Shown one piece after another: positions 10,026-19,244 of a DNA stretch of 64,000 nt (positions are counted from its first letter, which is position 1; the number at the start of each line of letters is the position of its first letter). Both the position numbers and the translations under genes were made by a program. This DNA comes from Betaproteobacteria bacterium (GTDB taxonomy: Bacteria; Pseudomonadota; Gammaproteobacteria; Burkholderiales; Usitatibacteraceae), in NCBI GenBank assembly GCA_031430555.1, contig JANPBQ010000263.1, positions 650 to 64,649 of the forward strand. The letters are read 5' to 3'. The notes beneath the pieces were generated by a model. The model saw only the letters and a list, made by a program, of their open reading frames with translations. It was not told where the DNA came from and ran no database searches.

Positions 10026-10164
10026 GATTTTTCCAGATTCTTGCAATGAATTTTGCGCGAAGCCTTGTATTATAGCGCACCGCAATAAAAAAGCAAACCC
10101 GCTGATTTTGCAGGGCTTTTTGCCACGGGCCTGCCTCATACCCGCCTGTCACCGCCGACCCAAC

Positions 10165-11715
10165 ATGAATTTGCTGAAAGCCGCCGCTTCCGTCTCCGCG
10201 ATGACCTTGCTGTCGCGCGTGACGGGGCTCGCGCGCGAAATCATCGGCTTCAGCTTGTTCGGTGCCGGGGCCGCGATGGACGCGTTCCAGGTTGCATGGC
10301 GGATTCCCAATCTGCTTCGGCGTTTGTTCGCGGAAGGTGCGTTTTCGCAAGCGTTTGTCCCGGTTTTTGCCGATTTCAAAGCGAGAGGCAATGACGCCGA
10401 CGTAAAACTGCTTGCAGATCGCATCGCGAGCCTGCTTACGATTGTCTTGTTCGTGGTGACCGTGATCGGCGTAGTCGCCGCGCCATTGCTGGTCTATCTG
10501 ACCGCCTCTGGTTTTTCGGCCGATGCGGGCAAATTCGACCTGACCACGCAAATGGTGCGGATCACCTTCCCGTACATTTTTTTCATTTCGCTGGTCGCCC
10601 TGTCGGCCGGCATTCTCAATAGTTACAGCGCCTTCAAAACGCCCGCGTTCACACCGGTATTGCTGAATCTTTCGGTGATTGCGGCGGCGGTCTGGCTGGC
10701 ACCGCAGGTGAATCCACCGATATTGGCATTGGCCATCGGCACCTTGATCGGCGGCGTCGTGCAACTGGCTTTTCAGATACCGGCTTTGCGCCGGATCGGC
10801 ATGCTGCCGCGAATATCCTTTGCCGCATGGCGCTTTCGCAAAGACGAGGGTGTGGTGCGCATTTTGAAATTGATGGCACCGGCGATCCTCGGCGTATCGG
10901 TCGCTCAGATTTCCCTGCTGCTCAATACGCAAATTGCATCTTTCTTGCAGGATGGTTCGGTCTCGTGGCTGACGGCGGCAGATCGACTGATGGAATTTCC
11001 GTCCGCGTTGCTCGGTGTTGCATTGGGCACGGTGCTGCTGCCGTCGTTGGTTCGCAGCCACGCCGCCGCCGATCCGCGGGAATTTTCGCGATTGCTGGAT
11101 TGGGGACTCCGTCTCACACTGCTGCTGACGTTTCCCGCAGCACTGGGGTTGGCCCTGCTCGCGGCACCGTTGATTTCAACGCTTTTGCAACACGGCCATT
11201 TCACCGCAAATGATGTTTTGATGTCGCGCACCGCGCTCATCGCTTATTCGGTCGGGCTCACCGGAATCATTCTGATCAAAATATTGGCACCGGGATATTA
11301 CGCACGGCAGAACGTGAAAACACCGGTGAAAATCGCGATCTTCACACTCGCCGTTACGCAGCTTTTCAACCTTATTTTCGTGCCGCTGTTTGCGCATGCA
11401 GGGCTGGCGCTCTCCATTGGCGTAGGCGCGACGGTTAATGCCGGTCTGCTGTTTTTTTTCATGCGCCGTGAGGGAATTTTCACGCCGGAACCCGGGTGGC
11501 TTGCGTATCTGCTTAAGTTGACGGTGGCGCTGTACCTGATGGGCGGCGCGCTGTGGTGGGTGGCGGGTGCGGAACGCGAATGGCTGGCACTGGGGACGGG
11601 TGCCAAGTGCGTTCGGCTCGCGTGGGTCATCACGGTCGGCGCGGCGGTGTATTTCGCGTCACTTTGGGCAATGGGATTGCGCGCACGCGAATTTTTGAAG
11701 CGCGGCCAATCGTGA
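10165..11715 (+). CDS. murJ: lipid II flippase MurJ (MviN)
   Basis: 516 aa, multi-TM, with the typical N-terminus MNLLKAAASVSAMTLLSRVTGLAREI. ATG at 10165 lies in frame within the longer ORF. Confidence 0.9.
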   Translation: MNLLKAAASVSAMTLLSRVTGLAREIIGFSLFGAGAAMDAFQVAWRIPNLLRRLFAEGAFSQAFVPVFADFKARGNDADVKLLADRIASLLTIVLFVVTVIGVVAAPLLVYLTASGFSADAGKFDLTTQMVRITFPYIFFISLVALSAGILNSYSAFKTPAFTPVLLNLSVIAAAVWLAPQVNPPILALAIGTLIGGVVQLAFQIPALRRIGMLPRISFAAWRFRKDEGVVRILKLMAPAILGVSVAQISLLLNTQIASFLQDGSVSWLTAADRLMEFPSALLGVALGTVLLPSLVRSHAAADPREFSRLLDWGLRLTLLLTFPAALGLALLAAPLISTLLQHGHFTANDVLMSRTALIAYSVGLTGIILIKILAPGYYARQNVKTPVKIAIFTLAVTQLFNLIFVPLFAHAGLALSIGVGATVNAGLLFFFMRREGIFTPEPGWLAYLLKLTVALYLMGGALWWVAGAEREWLALGTGAKCVRLAWVITVGAAVYFASLWAMGLRAREFLKRGQS

Positions 11716-12713
11716 TCGGCTTCCGCTTGAATCGCGCGCTCGTCGCCGGGTCTCGGCCAATGGCGCTCGCGATCGGCAATTTTGACGGCATTCACCTTGG
11801 CCATCAGGCGATTCTCAATGCCGTTGTGACCGCCGCGCGCAACAACGACCTCACTCCTGCGGCGATGAGTTTCGAGCCAATGCCGCGTGAGTTTTTCGCG
11901 CGGTTGAAAAACGATGTGACTTCTGCGCCACCGAGATTGATGAGCGTCACCGAGAAGTTGGCCGCATTCGTCGTCGCCGGTATCCAGTGCGCATTCGTTC
12001 CGCGATTCGACGCGGCATTCGCCGGGCAATCGCCCGAACAATTCGTCGACGCATTGACCCGCATGAACGTCCGCTGGCTTATCGTCGGCGATGATTTCCG
12101 GTTTGGCGCCAAACGCGGTGGCGATGTCGCGATGCTGCGCGCCGCCGGCCACGCGCATGGCTTTCACGTCGAAACCATGAATGACGTTTTCGCCAACCAG
12201 GTGCGGGTCTCTTCCACTGCGGTTCGCGAAGCACTTGCGCGGGGCGATCTCGATTCCGCGCGGCGCATGCTCGGTGCGCCCTACAAAATCGTTGGTCGCG
12301 TGATTCATGGCAAACGACTCGGGCGCACGTTGGGATTTCCGACCGCGAATGTGTCGTTGGGCGCATCGGCGCGCCGGCAAAGGCCGGCGTTGGGGGGCGT
12401 GTTTGCGGTAAAATGCCGACTAGTAACTCGCGGGCTCGAGGGAGTGGCGGGCAAGTCTGGAATGATCCTCAATGGGGTCGCCAATCTTGGTACCAATCCG
12501 GTGGTTTCATCTGAAAACCACCGCCATTTGGAAGTCTTCCTCTTCGATTTCTCAGGCGATCTTTACGGCCAACGGCTGGAAGTCGCCTTCATCGAAAAAA
12601 TCCGCGATGAACTGAAGTTTGCGAGCCTCGATGCGCTCGTCGTGCAAATGCATGATGACGCGCGAAGAGCGAAAAACATTTTGCGGATGATGGATGATGG
12701 ATCAAAAAGTTGA
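11712..12713 (+). CDS. ribF: bifunctional riboflavin kinase / FMN adenylyltransferase
   Basis: [11 protein letters not shown] nucleotidyltransferase motif and a C-terminal kinase part ([20 protein letters not shown]). The proposed GTG start overlaps the murJ stop (GTGA), so the start is uncertain. Confidence 0.85.
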   Translation: MIGFRLNRALVAGSRPMALAIGNFDGIHLGHQAILNAVVTAARNNDLTPAAMSFEPMPREFFARLKNDVTSAPPRLMSVTEKLAAFVVAGIQCAFVPRFDAAFAGQSPEQFVDALTRMNVRWLIVGDDFRFGAKRGGDVAMLRAAGHAHGFHVETMNDVFANQVRVSSTAVREALARGDLDSARRMLGAPYKIVGRVIHGKRLGRTLGFPTANVSLGASARRQRPALGGVFAVKCRLVTRGLEGVAGKSGMILNGVANLGTNPVVSSENHRHLEVFLFDFSGDLYGQRLEVAFIEKIRDELKFASLDALVVQMHDDARRAKNILRMMDDGSKS

Positions 12714-15531
12714 CTACAAGAAAACGCTAAACCTCCCCGATACGCCGTTCCCGATGCGCGGCGATCTCGCAAAACGCGAGCCGGTTTGGGTCGCGGAATG
12801 GCACCAGCGAAAGCTCTACGACAAGATTCGCGCGGCCTCGAAAGGCAAGCCGAAATTTATCCTTCACGACGGCCCGCCTTATGCGAACGCGGCGATTCAC
12901 ATCGGCCACGCGGTTAACAAGATTCTGAAAGACATCGTCGTCAAATCGAAGCAAATGGCCGGCTTTGACGCGGCGTACGTTCCCGGATGGGATTGCCACG
13001 GCATGCCGATCGAGATCTTCGTCGAGAAGCAGCACGGCAAAAATTTGCCCACCGAAAAACTCATGACACTCGCGCGCGCGCATGCCGAATCGCAAGTCGA
13101 ATTGCAGATGGCCGATTTCATTCGCCTTGGTGTGCTGGGCGATTGGGATCATCCCTACAAGACCATGAATTTCGGCACCGAAGCGGCGGAAATTCGCACC
13201 CTGGGCACAATGTTTGAACGCGGCTTCGTTTATCGCGGATTGAAGCCAGTGAATTGGTGTTTCGACTGCCAATCGGCGCTCGCGGAAGCGGAAGTGGAGT
13301 ATGAAGAAAAAACGTCGATCACTATCGATGTCGGGTTTCCGATTGTGGATAGCGAGCGGGAAAAATTGGCGAAGGCGTTCGGATTGAATGCATTGCCCGA
13401 AGGCCCGGTATATGCGGTGATCTGGACGACAACGCCCTGGACGATTCCCGCCAATCAGGCGTTGAATGTGCATCCGGAATTTGAGTACGCGTTGGTTGAA
13501 ACGCCTCGCGGCACGTTGGTACTCGCGTCGGCGCGCGTGAGCACATGTCTTGAGACCTATGGCTTGACGGGAAAAACTATTGCCACCGCCAACGGCCAGG
13601 CAATGGAACGGATCGAATTCAAGCACCCGTTCTATGATCGCGTGTCTCCCGTTTTTCTGGGCGACTACGTCACCCTCGATACCGGCACGGGCATTGTTCA
13701 TTCTTCGCCCGCTTATGGCGTGGACGATTTCGCATCATGCAAACGCTATGGCATGACCAATGATGAAATTCTCAACCCGGTGATGGGCAATGGTCAATAC
13801 GCGGTGTCGTTGCCGCTGTTCGGCGGAATGAATATCTGGAAAGCGCAACCGGAAATTGTCAAAGCAATCGACGCGGCGGGCTGCCTGTTTCATCAGAATC
13901 CGAAATATCAGCACCCATATCCGCATTGCTGGCGCCACAAAACGCCCACCGTTTTCCGCGCGACCTCGCAGTGGTTCATCGGCATGGATATCAAGGGCAA
14001 TGGCGACGACATGACCTTGCGCGAACTGGCCTTGGCGGCGATCGATGCGACGGCTTTTTTCCCCGATTGGGGCAAGGCGCGTTTGCACGGCATGATCAAA
14101 AACCGTCCCGACTGGTGCATCTCTCGTCAGCGGAAATGGGGCACGCCGATTCCGTTTTTCCTGCACAAGGAAACGCAGCAGCCGCATCCCCGAACGCTTG
14201 AATTGCTGGGCAAAGTTGCCGACCGAGTGGAACAAGAAGGCATCGAAGTGTGGCAGCGCATCACTGCCGAAGAACTGCTCGGTGCCGACGCGCATAACTA
14301 CGACAAGAGCAATGACACGCTCGATGTCTGGCTCGATTCCGGAGCCACCTTCAATACCGTTCTGGCCACCACACCTTCGTTGGCGCTGCCTGATACCGAT
14401 GGCAAACCGGGGCAGGCGGACATGTATCTGGAAGGCTCGGATCAGCATCGCGGCTGGTTTCATTCATCGTTGCTGGTGTCGTGCGCGATCAATGGCCGCG
14501 CCCCGTACAAGAATTTGTTGACGCACGGTTTCACGGTCGATGGGCAAGGGCGGAAAATGTCCAAGTCATTGGGCAACACCGTGGTGCCGCAGAAAGTATC
14601 GGATGCGCTCGGCGCGGAAATTCTGCGCATGTGGACGGGCCTAAGTGACTATTCCGGCGAGCAATCGATTTCCGACGAAATTCTGAAGCGGGTCGTTGAA
14701 AGCTACCGCCGCATCCGCAATACATTGCGATTCCTATTGGCGAACACGGCCGATTTCGATTTCGCGCAGGATGCGTTGCCAGTCGAGGAATGGCTGGAGA
14801 TTGATCGCTACGCGCTGGCGCTCACGTCGGAGTTGCAGACCAAGGTGCTCGCGCACTTCGCCAAATTCGAATTCCAGCCGGCCATGCAGGCGATACAAAA
14901 TTTTTGCTCCGAGGACCTGGGTGGCTTTTATCTCGATATTCTCAAAGATCGACTCTATACGACGCACGCAAAGTCCCGGCCCCGGCGCGGCGCGCAAACC
15001 GCGCTGCATCACATCCTGCACGCATTGACGCGGTTGATTGCGCCAGTGCTTTCTTTCACGGCTGAGGAAATCTGGGCGATGCTTCACAATGATGTCGATG
15101 AAAGTGTATTCCTTCATCAATATCACCGATTGCCCGATGTCGCGGGCGCGGCGGAACTTGTTGATAGGTGGTCGGATATTCGAGCATTGCGCGGCGAAGT
15201 AATGAAGAAAATCGAAGAACAGCGCGCCGCAGGATTGATTGGCTCTTCGCTTCAGGCGGAAATCCGAGCCAGCGTCAGCATGAAGAATAAAGCGTTGCTG
15301 AATTCATTGAAAGACGATTTGCGTTTTGTGATGATCACATCGGCCGCCTTGGTCAACGAAGAAACTGACGAAAGCAAGAATGAAATCGTGGTGACTCCCA
15401 GCCCGTATCCAAAATGTGAACGCTGCTGGCACTACCGCGCGGATGTCGGATCGGACACCGCTCACGCGACAATCTGTGCCCGCTGCGTAAGCAATCTCTT
15501 TGGCGACGGTGAGACGCGGTTCTATGCATAA
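12694..15531 (+). CDS. ileS: isoleucine--tRNA ligase
   Basis: 945 aa; HIGH-type [17 protein letters not shown] ([10 protein letters not shown]), and a C-terminal Zn-finger CERCWHY..CARC. Confidence 0.97.
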   Translation: MMDQKVDYKKTLNLPDTPFPMRGDLAKREPVWVAEWHQRKLYDKIRAASKGKPKFILHDGPPYANAAIHIGHAVNKILKDIVVKSKQMAGFDAAYVPGWDCHGMPIEIFVEKQHGKNLPTEKLMTLARAHAESQVELQMADFIRLGVLGDWDHPYKTMNFGTEAAEIRTLGTMFERGFVYRGLKPVNWCFDCQSALAEAEVEYEEKTSITIDVGFPIVDSEREKLAKAFGLNALPEGPVYAVIWTTTPWTIPANQALNVHPEFEYALVETPRGTLVLASARVSTCLETYGLTGKTIATANGQAMERIEFKHPFYDRVSPVFLGDYVTLDTGTGIVHSSPAYGVDDFASCKRYGMTNDEILNPVMGNGQYAVSLPLFGGMNIWKAQPEIVKAIDAAGCLFHQNPKYQHPYPHCWRHKTPTVFRATSQWFIGMDIKGNGDDMTLRELALAAIDATAFFPDWGKARLHGMIKNRPDWCISRQRKWGTPIPFFLHKETQQPHPRTLELLGKVADRVEQEGIEVWQRITAEELLGADAHNYDKSNDTLDVWLDSGATFNTVLATTPSLALPDTDGKPGQADMYLEGSDQHRGWFHSSLLVSCAINGRAPYKNLLTHGFTVDGQGRKMSKSLGNTVVPQKVSDALGAEILRMWTGLSDYSGEQSISDEILKRVVESYRRIRNTLRFLLANTADFDFAQDALPVEEWLEIDRYALALTSELQTKVLAHFAKFEFQPAMQAIQNFCSEDLGGFYLDILKDRLYTTHAKSRPRRGAQTALHHILHALTRLIAPVLSFTAEEIWAMLHNDVDESVFLHQYHRLPDVAGAAELVDRWSDIRALRGEVMKKIEEQRAAGLIGSSLQAEIRASVSMKNKALLNSLKDDLRFVMITSAALVNEETDESKNEIVVTPSPYPKCERCWHYRADVGSDTAHATICARCVSNLFGDGETRFYA

Positions 15532-15538
15532 CGAAGAC

Positions 15539-16051
15539 ATGAAACACCATTGGATGCATTGGCTTTGGATCAGCCTCGTTGTCGTCATTCTCGACCAGGC
15601 GACCAAATTCGCCATTGCCGCCAATTTTCAGTACGGCGAATCCAAGTACATTTTTTCCTGGTTCAATCTGGTGCTGGCCTATAACAAAGGTGCCGCATTC
15701 AGCTTTCTCGCCGATGCCGGCGGTTGGCAGCGCGGATTCTTTATCGTGTTGACGCTCGCCATTTCCTCCGTACTTATTTGGATGTTGCGCAACAATCGGG
15801 GCAATCGCCTTTTGTCGATTGCATTGGCGTTGGTAATCGGTGGCGCGTTCGGCAATTTGTATGACCGTGTCGCGTACGGACACGTGGTGGATTTCATTCA
15901 GTGGCATGTCGCCGGGTATTATTGGCCCGCGTTCAATGTCGCTGACTCGTGCATTTGCATCGGCGCGGGGCTGCTGATTTTCGACTCGTTTCGCACGCCA
16001 AGTGATTCGACGGCGACGAGGGTATCGGCTTCCAAGAAAACTGGCGCTTGA
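15539..16051 (+). CDS. lspA: lipoprotein signal peptidase II
   Basis: YNKGAAFSF and FNVADSCI motifs with 4 TM segments. Start alternatives are 15524 and 15500. Confidence 0.9.
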   Translation: MKHHWMHWLWISLVVVILDQATKFAIAANFQYGESKYIFSWFNLVLAYNKGAAFSFLADAGGWQRGFFIVLTLAISSVLIWMLRNNRGNRLLSIALALVIGGAFGNLYDRVAYGHVVDFIQWHVAGYYWPAFNVADSCICIGAGLLIFDSFRTPSDSTATRVSASKKTGA

Positions 16052-16165
16052 GCAAATCGGCATTCACCATTGTTCGCAAGATTGCTCTTTCCAAATTTCG
16101 GCGGGCAAAATGCACGTCATCCACCATCCCTCAGCCTGAGTACTTCTATAATCCACTTAGCTTAG

Positions 16166-17639
16166 TCTTACTGTGTTACTAAATTATCCCTTCGCATCCC
16201 GCAGCAAGGACATCGCGGCAGGCGGGCGATCAGCGCGGCGGCGAGTTCGAGGCGGAGCGTGGTGATCGAATCCGGGACGTGTCTCTGGCCGCGCAGGGGA
16301 GCCGCGCGGGCGGAAGTCTCCGGGTACGGCAGCGATTTGGCCAGGAAACGAATGTCGCAGCGTTTTTTTTGGATGCGCGAGGCGCTCGGCGAGCAGAAAG
16401 CCGTAGGCCGCGATGCAGAGCGTGGCGTGGTGATGGAAACCGCGCCAGCCGCGCCCTTCAAAGTGATCGAGCCCGAACTCCTGCTTGAGTTCCTGATAGT
16501 CGCGCTCGATGCGCCAGCGCAGCTTCGCCACCCGCACCAACTCCTTCATCGGCGTACGCGCCGGCAGCGTCGACAGAAAGTACTTGGTCGGCTCCGCCGC
16601 GCCTTTCGGCCATTCGATGAGCAGCCATTCCTCCGCGCGCAATTCGCTCCGCCAGTGGTCGCGGTACGCGCAGCGCACGCGCACAGCGGCAAAGCGCGAA
16701 CTCAACGCCTGATTCGTGCCCTCCCGCCAGGTGACATTTTTCCATTGTTGGGCGGGGAGCGTCAGCGCCAGCGCCTTGACCGACACCGGTTGGTGTTGCG
16801 CGTCGCGCCGCAGCAACGAGGGCTTGCGTCCCCGACCGGACCAGCGGGCCGGCGGCAGGGGAGCGCTGCCTTCGGGCCACACGCTGACCGCTTTCGTCAC
16901 GCCGACGACATAGGGCAGTTGGCGCGCGCTGAGTTGATCCCGAAAGGCGGTGTCGATGCCGTAACCGGCGTCGGCGATGACGGTGGCCGAACCGGCTCCC
17001 GCTTGTCGCGCCTGATCAATCAGTTGCAACGCGATCTGCGGCTTGGTTGCAAATGCGATGGCGTCCGGGACTTTGACTTGCCGGCGTCGCGTCATATCCC
17101 CGCTCCAGTCCTTCGGCAAGTAAAGCTGCCAACCGACCGGCACGCTGTAGTGTTCGTTGGCCAGCGACAGGCTCACCGCCACTTGGCAGTTGTCCTGCTT
17201 GCCCAACTGTCCGCAATATTGCCGTGCCACCCCCACCGAGTGGTTGCCCTTCTTGGGAAAGCCGGTGTCGTCGATGATCAGCACCTCGGGGGCACCGACG
17301 CGTTTGCCGACCGCGCCGAGCACGTGCTCCCGCACCGCGCCCAGCACCGCCGCGTCCGACCAGGCGGCATCGGCGACAAAATGATGCAGTCGCTGATGCG
17401 CCGAGCAAACCGACTTCGGCGCGATCCGCGCCGCCATCGGCTCGACGCTCTTGCGCTCGCCCGGCAGCATCAATCCGGCGCAGTAGCCGCGAAACGGTTC
17501 CACTCGATCCGCATGCCCAAGCTGACCCGCAATCATCGACACGTACTCCTCGAACCTTTCCATTCTCGCGTCCATCTTCGCCTTGACAGGTTGGTTGAAG
17601 ATGCGCGCATAATAGCTTGTTTTTTATAACACAGTAAGA
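16166..17639 (-). mobile_element. IS701-family insertion sequence (1474 bp)
   Basis: 13-bp terminal inverted repeats TCTTACTGTGTTA (16166-16178) and TAACACAGTAAGA (17627-17639). A 4-bp direct repeat TTAG lies immediately outside both ends (16162-16165 and 17640-17643). It carries a single transposase ORF. Confidence 0.85.
16184..17575 (-). CDS. IS701-family DDE transposase
   Basis: 463 aa; N-terminus MERFEEYVSMIAGQLGHADRVEPFRGYCAGLMLPGERKSVEPMAARIAP..HQRLHHFVADAAWSD resembles IS701/IS4-superfamily transposases as I remember them. Reading frame is intact. Confidence 0.8.
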   Translation of the reverse strand: MDARMERFEEYVSMIAGQLGHADRVEPFRGYCAGLMLPGERKSVEPMAARIAPKSVCSAHQRLHHFVADAAWSDAAVLGAVREHVLGAVGKRVGAPEVLIIDDTGFPKKGNHSVGVARQYCGQLGKQDNCQVAVSLSLANEHYSVPVGWQLYLPKDWSGDMTRRRQVKVPDAIAFATKPQIALQLIDQARQAGAGSATVIADAGYGIDTAFRDQLSARQLPYVVGVTKAVSVWPEGSAPLPPARWSGRGRKPSLLRRDAQHQPVSVKALALTLPAQQWKNVTWREGTNQALSSRFAAVRVRCAYRDHWRSELRAEEWLLIEWPKGAAEPTKYFLSTLPARTPMKELVRVAKLRWRIERDYQELKQEFGLDHFEGRGWRGFHHHATLCIAAYGFLLAERLAHPKKTLRHSFPGQIAAVPGDFRPRGSPARPETRPGFDHHAPPRTRRRADRPPAAMSLLRDAKG

Positions 17640-18183
17640 TTAGTTTAGTGATTCCCCTGAAAGCCGGGTTTGGCCGTTGAATAGAAGTCTCCAGTGGAAT
17701 TTTCTGTTTACCCTGTCATTCTCGCGAACGCGGGAATCCATTTTTTGTAAACACCTGAGTGGCAACGAAAAATGGATCCCCGCGTTCGCGAGGATGACAA
17801 GAATTGAGGGCAAATATTGATCCGGCAATTAAACATGTTGAACTGACTTCAATTATTTCCTTCCCCCGCGTAGGCGGGGGGCCAAGTTTCGTAGCGGAAT
17901 GGCAGAAAACTTGGATCCCCGCCTACGCGGGAAAGGGCGCGCTTCAACATATTTAATTGCCGGTTCAATAGTAGCGCCCCAGTGGGTACTTCTATTTACC
18001 TCACATCTCTGTCTCCCCGGCGTAGGCCGGGGCCCAATTTTGTCAATGTGTCAATGGCTTACGAAAATTGGGTACCGGCCTTCGCCGGTACGACAGGGTA
18101 AATAGAAGTACCCCAGTGATTGTCTCTAGCACTGGCGGGGCGTTTCAGGCAAAAGTTCCTGAAACACCGCACCAGTGCTAGAG
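17640..18183. repeat. array of long nested inverted repeats (REP/MITE-like) in the lspA-ispH spacer
   Basis: Unit 1 (17715-17798) has 31-nt arms GTCATTCTCGCGAACGCGGGAATCCATTTTT / AAAAATGGATCCCCGCGTTCGCGAGGATGAC. Unit 2 (17817-17968) has 26-nt outer arms plus an inner CCCGCGTAGGCGGGG-type arm pair. Unit 3 is 17985-18112. Unit 4 (18124-18183) is CTCTAGCACTGG...CCAGTGCTAGAG followed by TTTT. No credible ORF. Confidence 0.75.
17985..18112. mobile_element. 128-bp MITE-like element
   Basis: Perfect 16-bp terminal inverted repeats GGTACTTCTATTTACC (17985-18000) and GGTAAATAGAAGTACC (18097-18112). CCAGTG lies directly outside both ends (17979-17984 and 18113-18118). An inner arm pair is CCCCGGCGTAGGCCGGGGCCCAATTTT / AAAATTGGGTACCGGCCTTCGCCGGTACG. 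Confidence 0.55.
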
Positions 18184-18223
18184 TTTTACCTCCCGAATAT
18201 CGACAAAGACGAAATACCTCAAG

Positions 18224-19165
18224 ATGATCGACACTGACATTCTGCTAGCCAATCCGCGCGGTTTTTGCGCAGGCGTTGATCGCGCCATCGAGATCGTCGA
18301 GCGCGCGCTGAAACTTCGCGGCGCACCGATCTATGTGCGCCACGAAATCGTCCACAACAAGTTTGTCGTGGACGACCTCCGCAACAAAGGCGCGATCTTC
18401 ATTGAAGATCTCGCCGATGTGCCGCCGGGTGCGACGCTGGTGTTCAGTGCGCACGGCGTTTCCAAAGCGGTGCGCATCGAAGCCGCCAAACGCGGCTTCA
18501 GCGTGTTCGATGCAACCTGTCCGCTGGTCAAAAAGGTTCACGTCGAAGTGATGAAACGCCGCAACGAGGGCTTTGAGATCATCATGATTGGCCACGATGG
18601 CCATCCCGAAGTGGAAGGTACGATGGGTCAATCCGAAGCGGGAATGTATCTGGTCGAAACTGCGGACGATGTCGCTAAGTTGGGCATTCCTGAGGGAACG
18701 CGTTTGACGTACGTTTCGCAAACGACGTTGTCGGTGGATGACTGCCAAATCGTCATCGACGCGCTGAAGAAAAAATTTCCGCAAATCGTCGGGCCGAAAC
18801 AGGACGATATTTGCTACGCAACGCAGAATCGGCAAGACGCCGTCAAATTCATGGCGCCGCAGGTGGATCTGGTGATCGTGGTCGGCTCGCGCTCAAGCTC
18901 GAACACCAACCGGCTTCGGGAACTGGCGAGCCTGTTGGGCTGCGAGACACATCAAGTGGATTGCGCAGACGAAATTCAACTCGACTGGATCAAGGGAAAA
19001 AAGCGCATCGGCGTCACCTCGGGCGCGTCGGCCCCCGAGGTGTTGGTGCGCGACGTCATCGGCCATTTGAAAACGCTCGGCGCGGCAAGCGTGCGTGAAC
19101 TCGACGGAATCACCGAGAACATTACATTTCCATTGCCGTCGGGATTGAGCCGGGCAAAAGTTTAG
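18224..19165 (+). CDS. ispH: 4-hydroxy-3-methylbut-2-enyl diphosphate reductase
   Basis: 313 aa; starts [22 protein letters not shown], with conserved Cys contexts FCAGV, ATCPLV and ICYAT. Confidence 0.95.
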   Translation: MIDTDILLANPRGFCAGVDRAIEIVERALKLRGAPIYVRHEIVHNKFVVDDLRNKGAIFIEDLADVPPGATLVFSAHGVSKAVRIEAAKRGFSVFDATCPLVKKVHVEVMKRRNEGFEIIMIGHDGHPEVEGTMGQSEAGMYLVETADDVAKLGIPEGTRLTYVSQTTLSVDDCQIVIDALKKKFPQIVGPKQDDICYATQNRQDAVKFMAPQVDLVIVVGSRSSSNTNRLRELASLLGCETHQVDCADEIQLDWIKGKKRIGVTSGASAPEVLVRDVIGHLKTLGAASVRELDGITENITFPLPSGLSRAKV

Positions 19166-19187
19166 TTTTCGCATCGAGTCGCCACAT

Positions 19188-19220
19188 AAAATCGGGGCCG
19201 CATATGCGGCCCCGATTCAT
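19188..19220. terminator. bidirectional terminator between ispH and pilY1
   Basis: Perfect palindrome ATCGGGGCCGCATATGCGGCCCCGAT (19191-19216) with an A-run upstream and TT downstream, sitting between convergent genes. Confidence 0.7.
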
Positions 19221-19244
19221 TGCTGCGAAGTATCCTGATGACGA

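Noticed and set aside
17640-18183. Regularly spaced palindromic units as a CRISPR-like array or retron ncRNA.
   Set aside because: The units differ in sequence and length and there is no repeat-spacer periodicity. No cas or reverse-transcriptase gene is present in the window.
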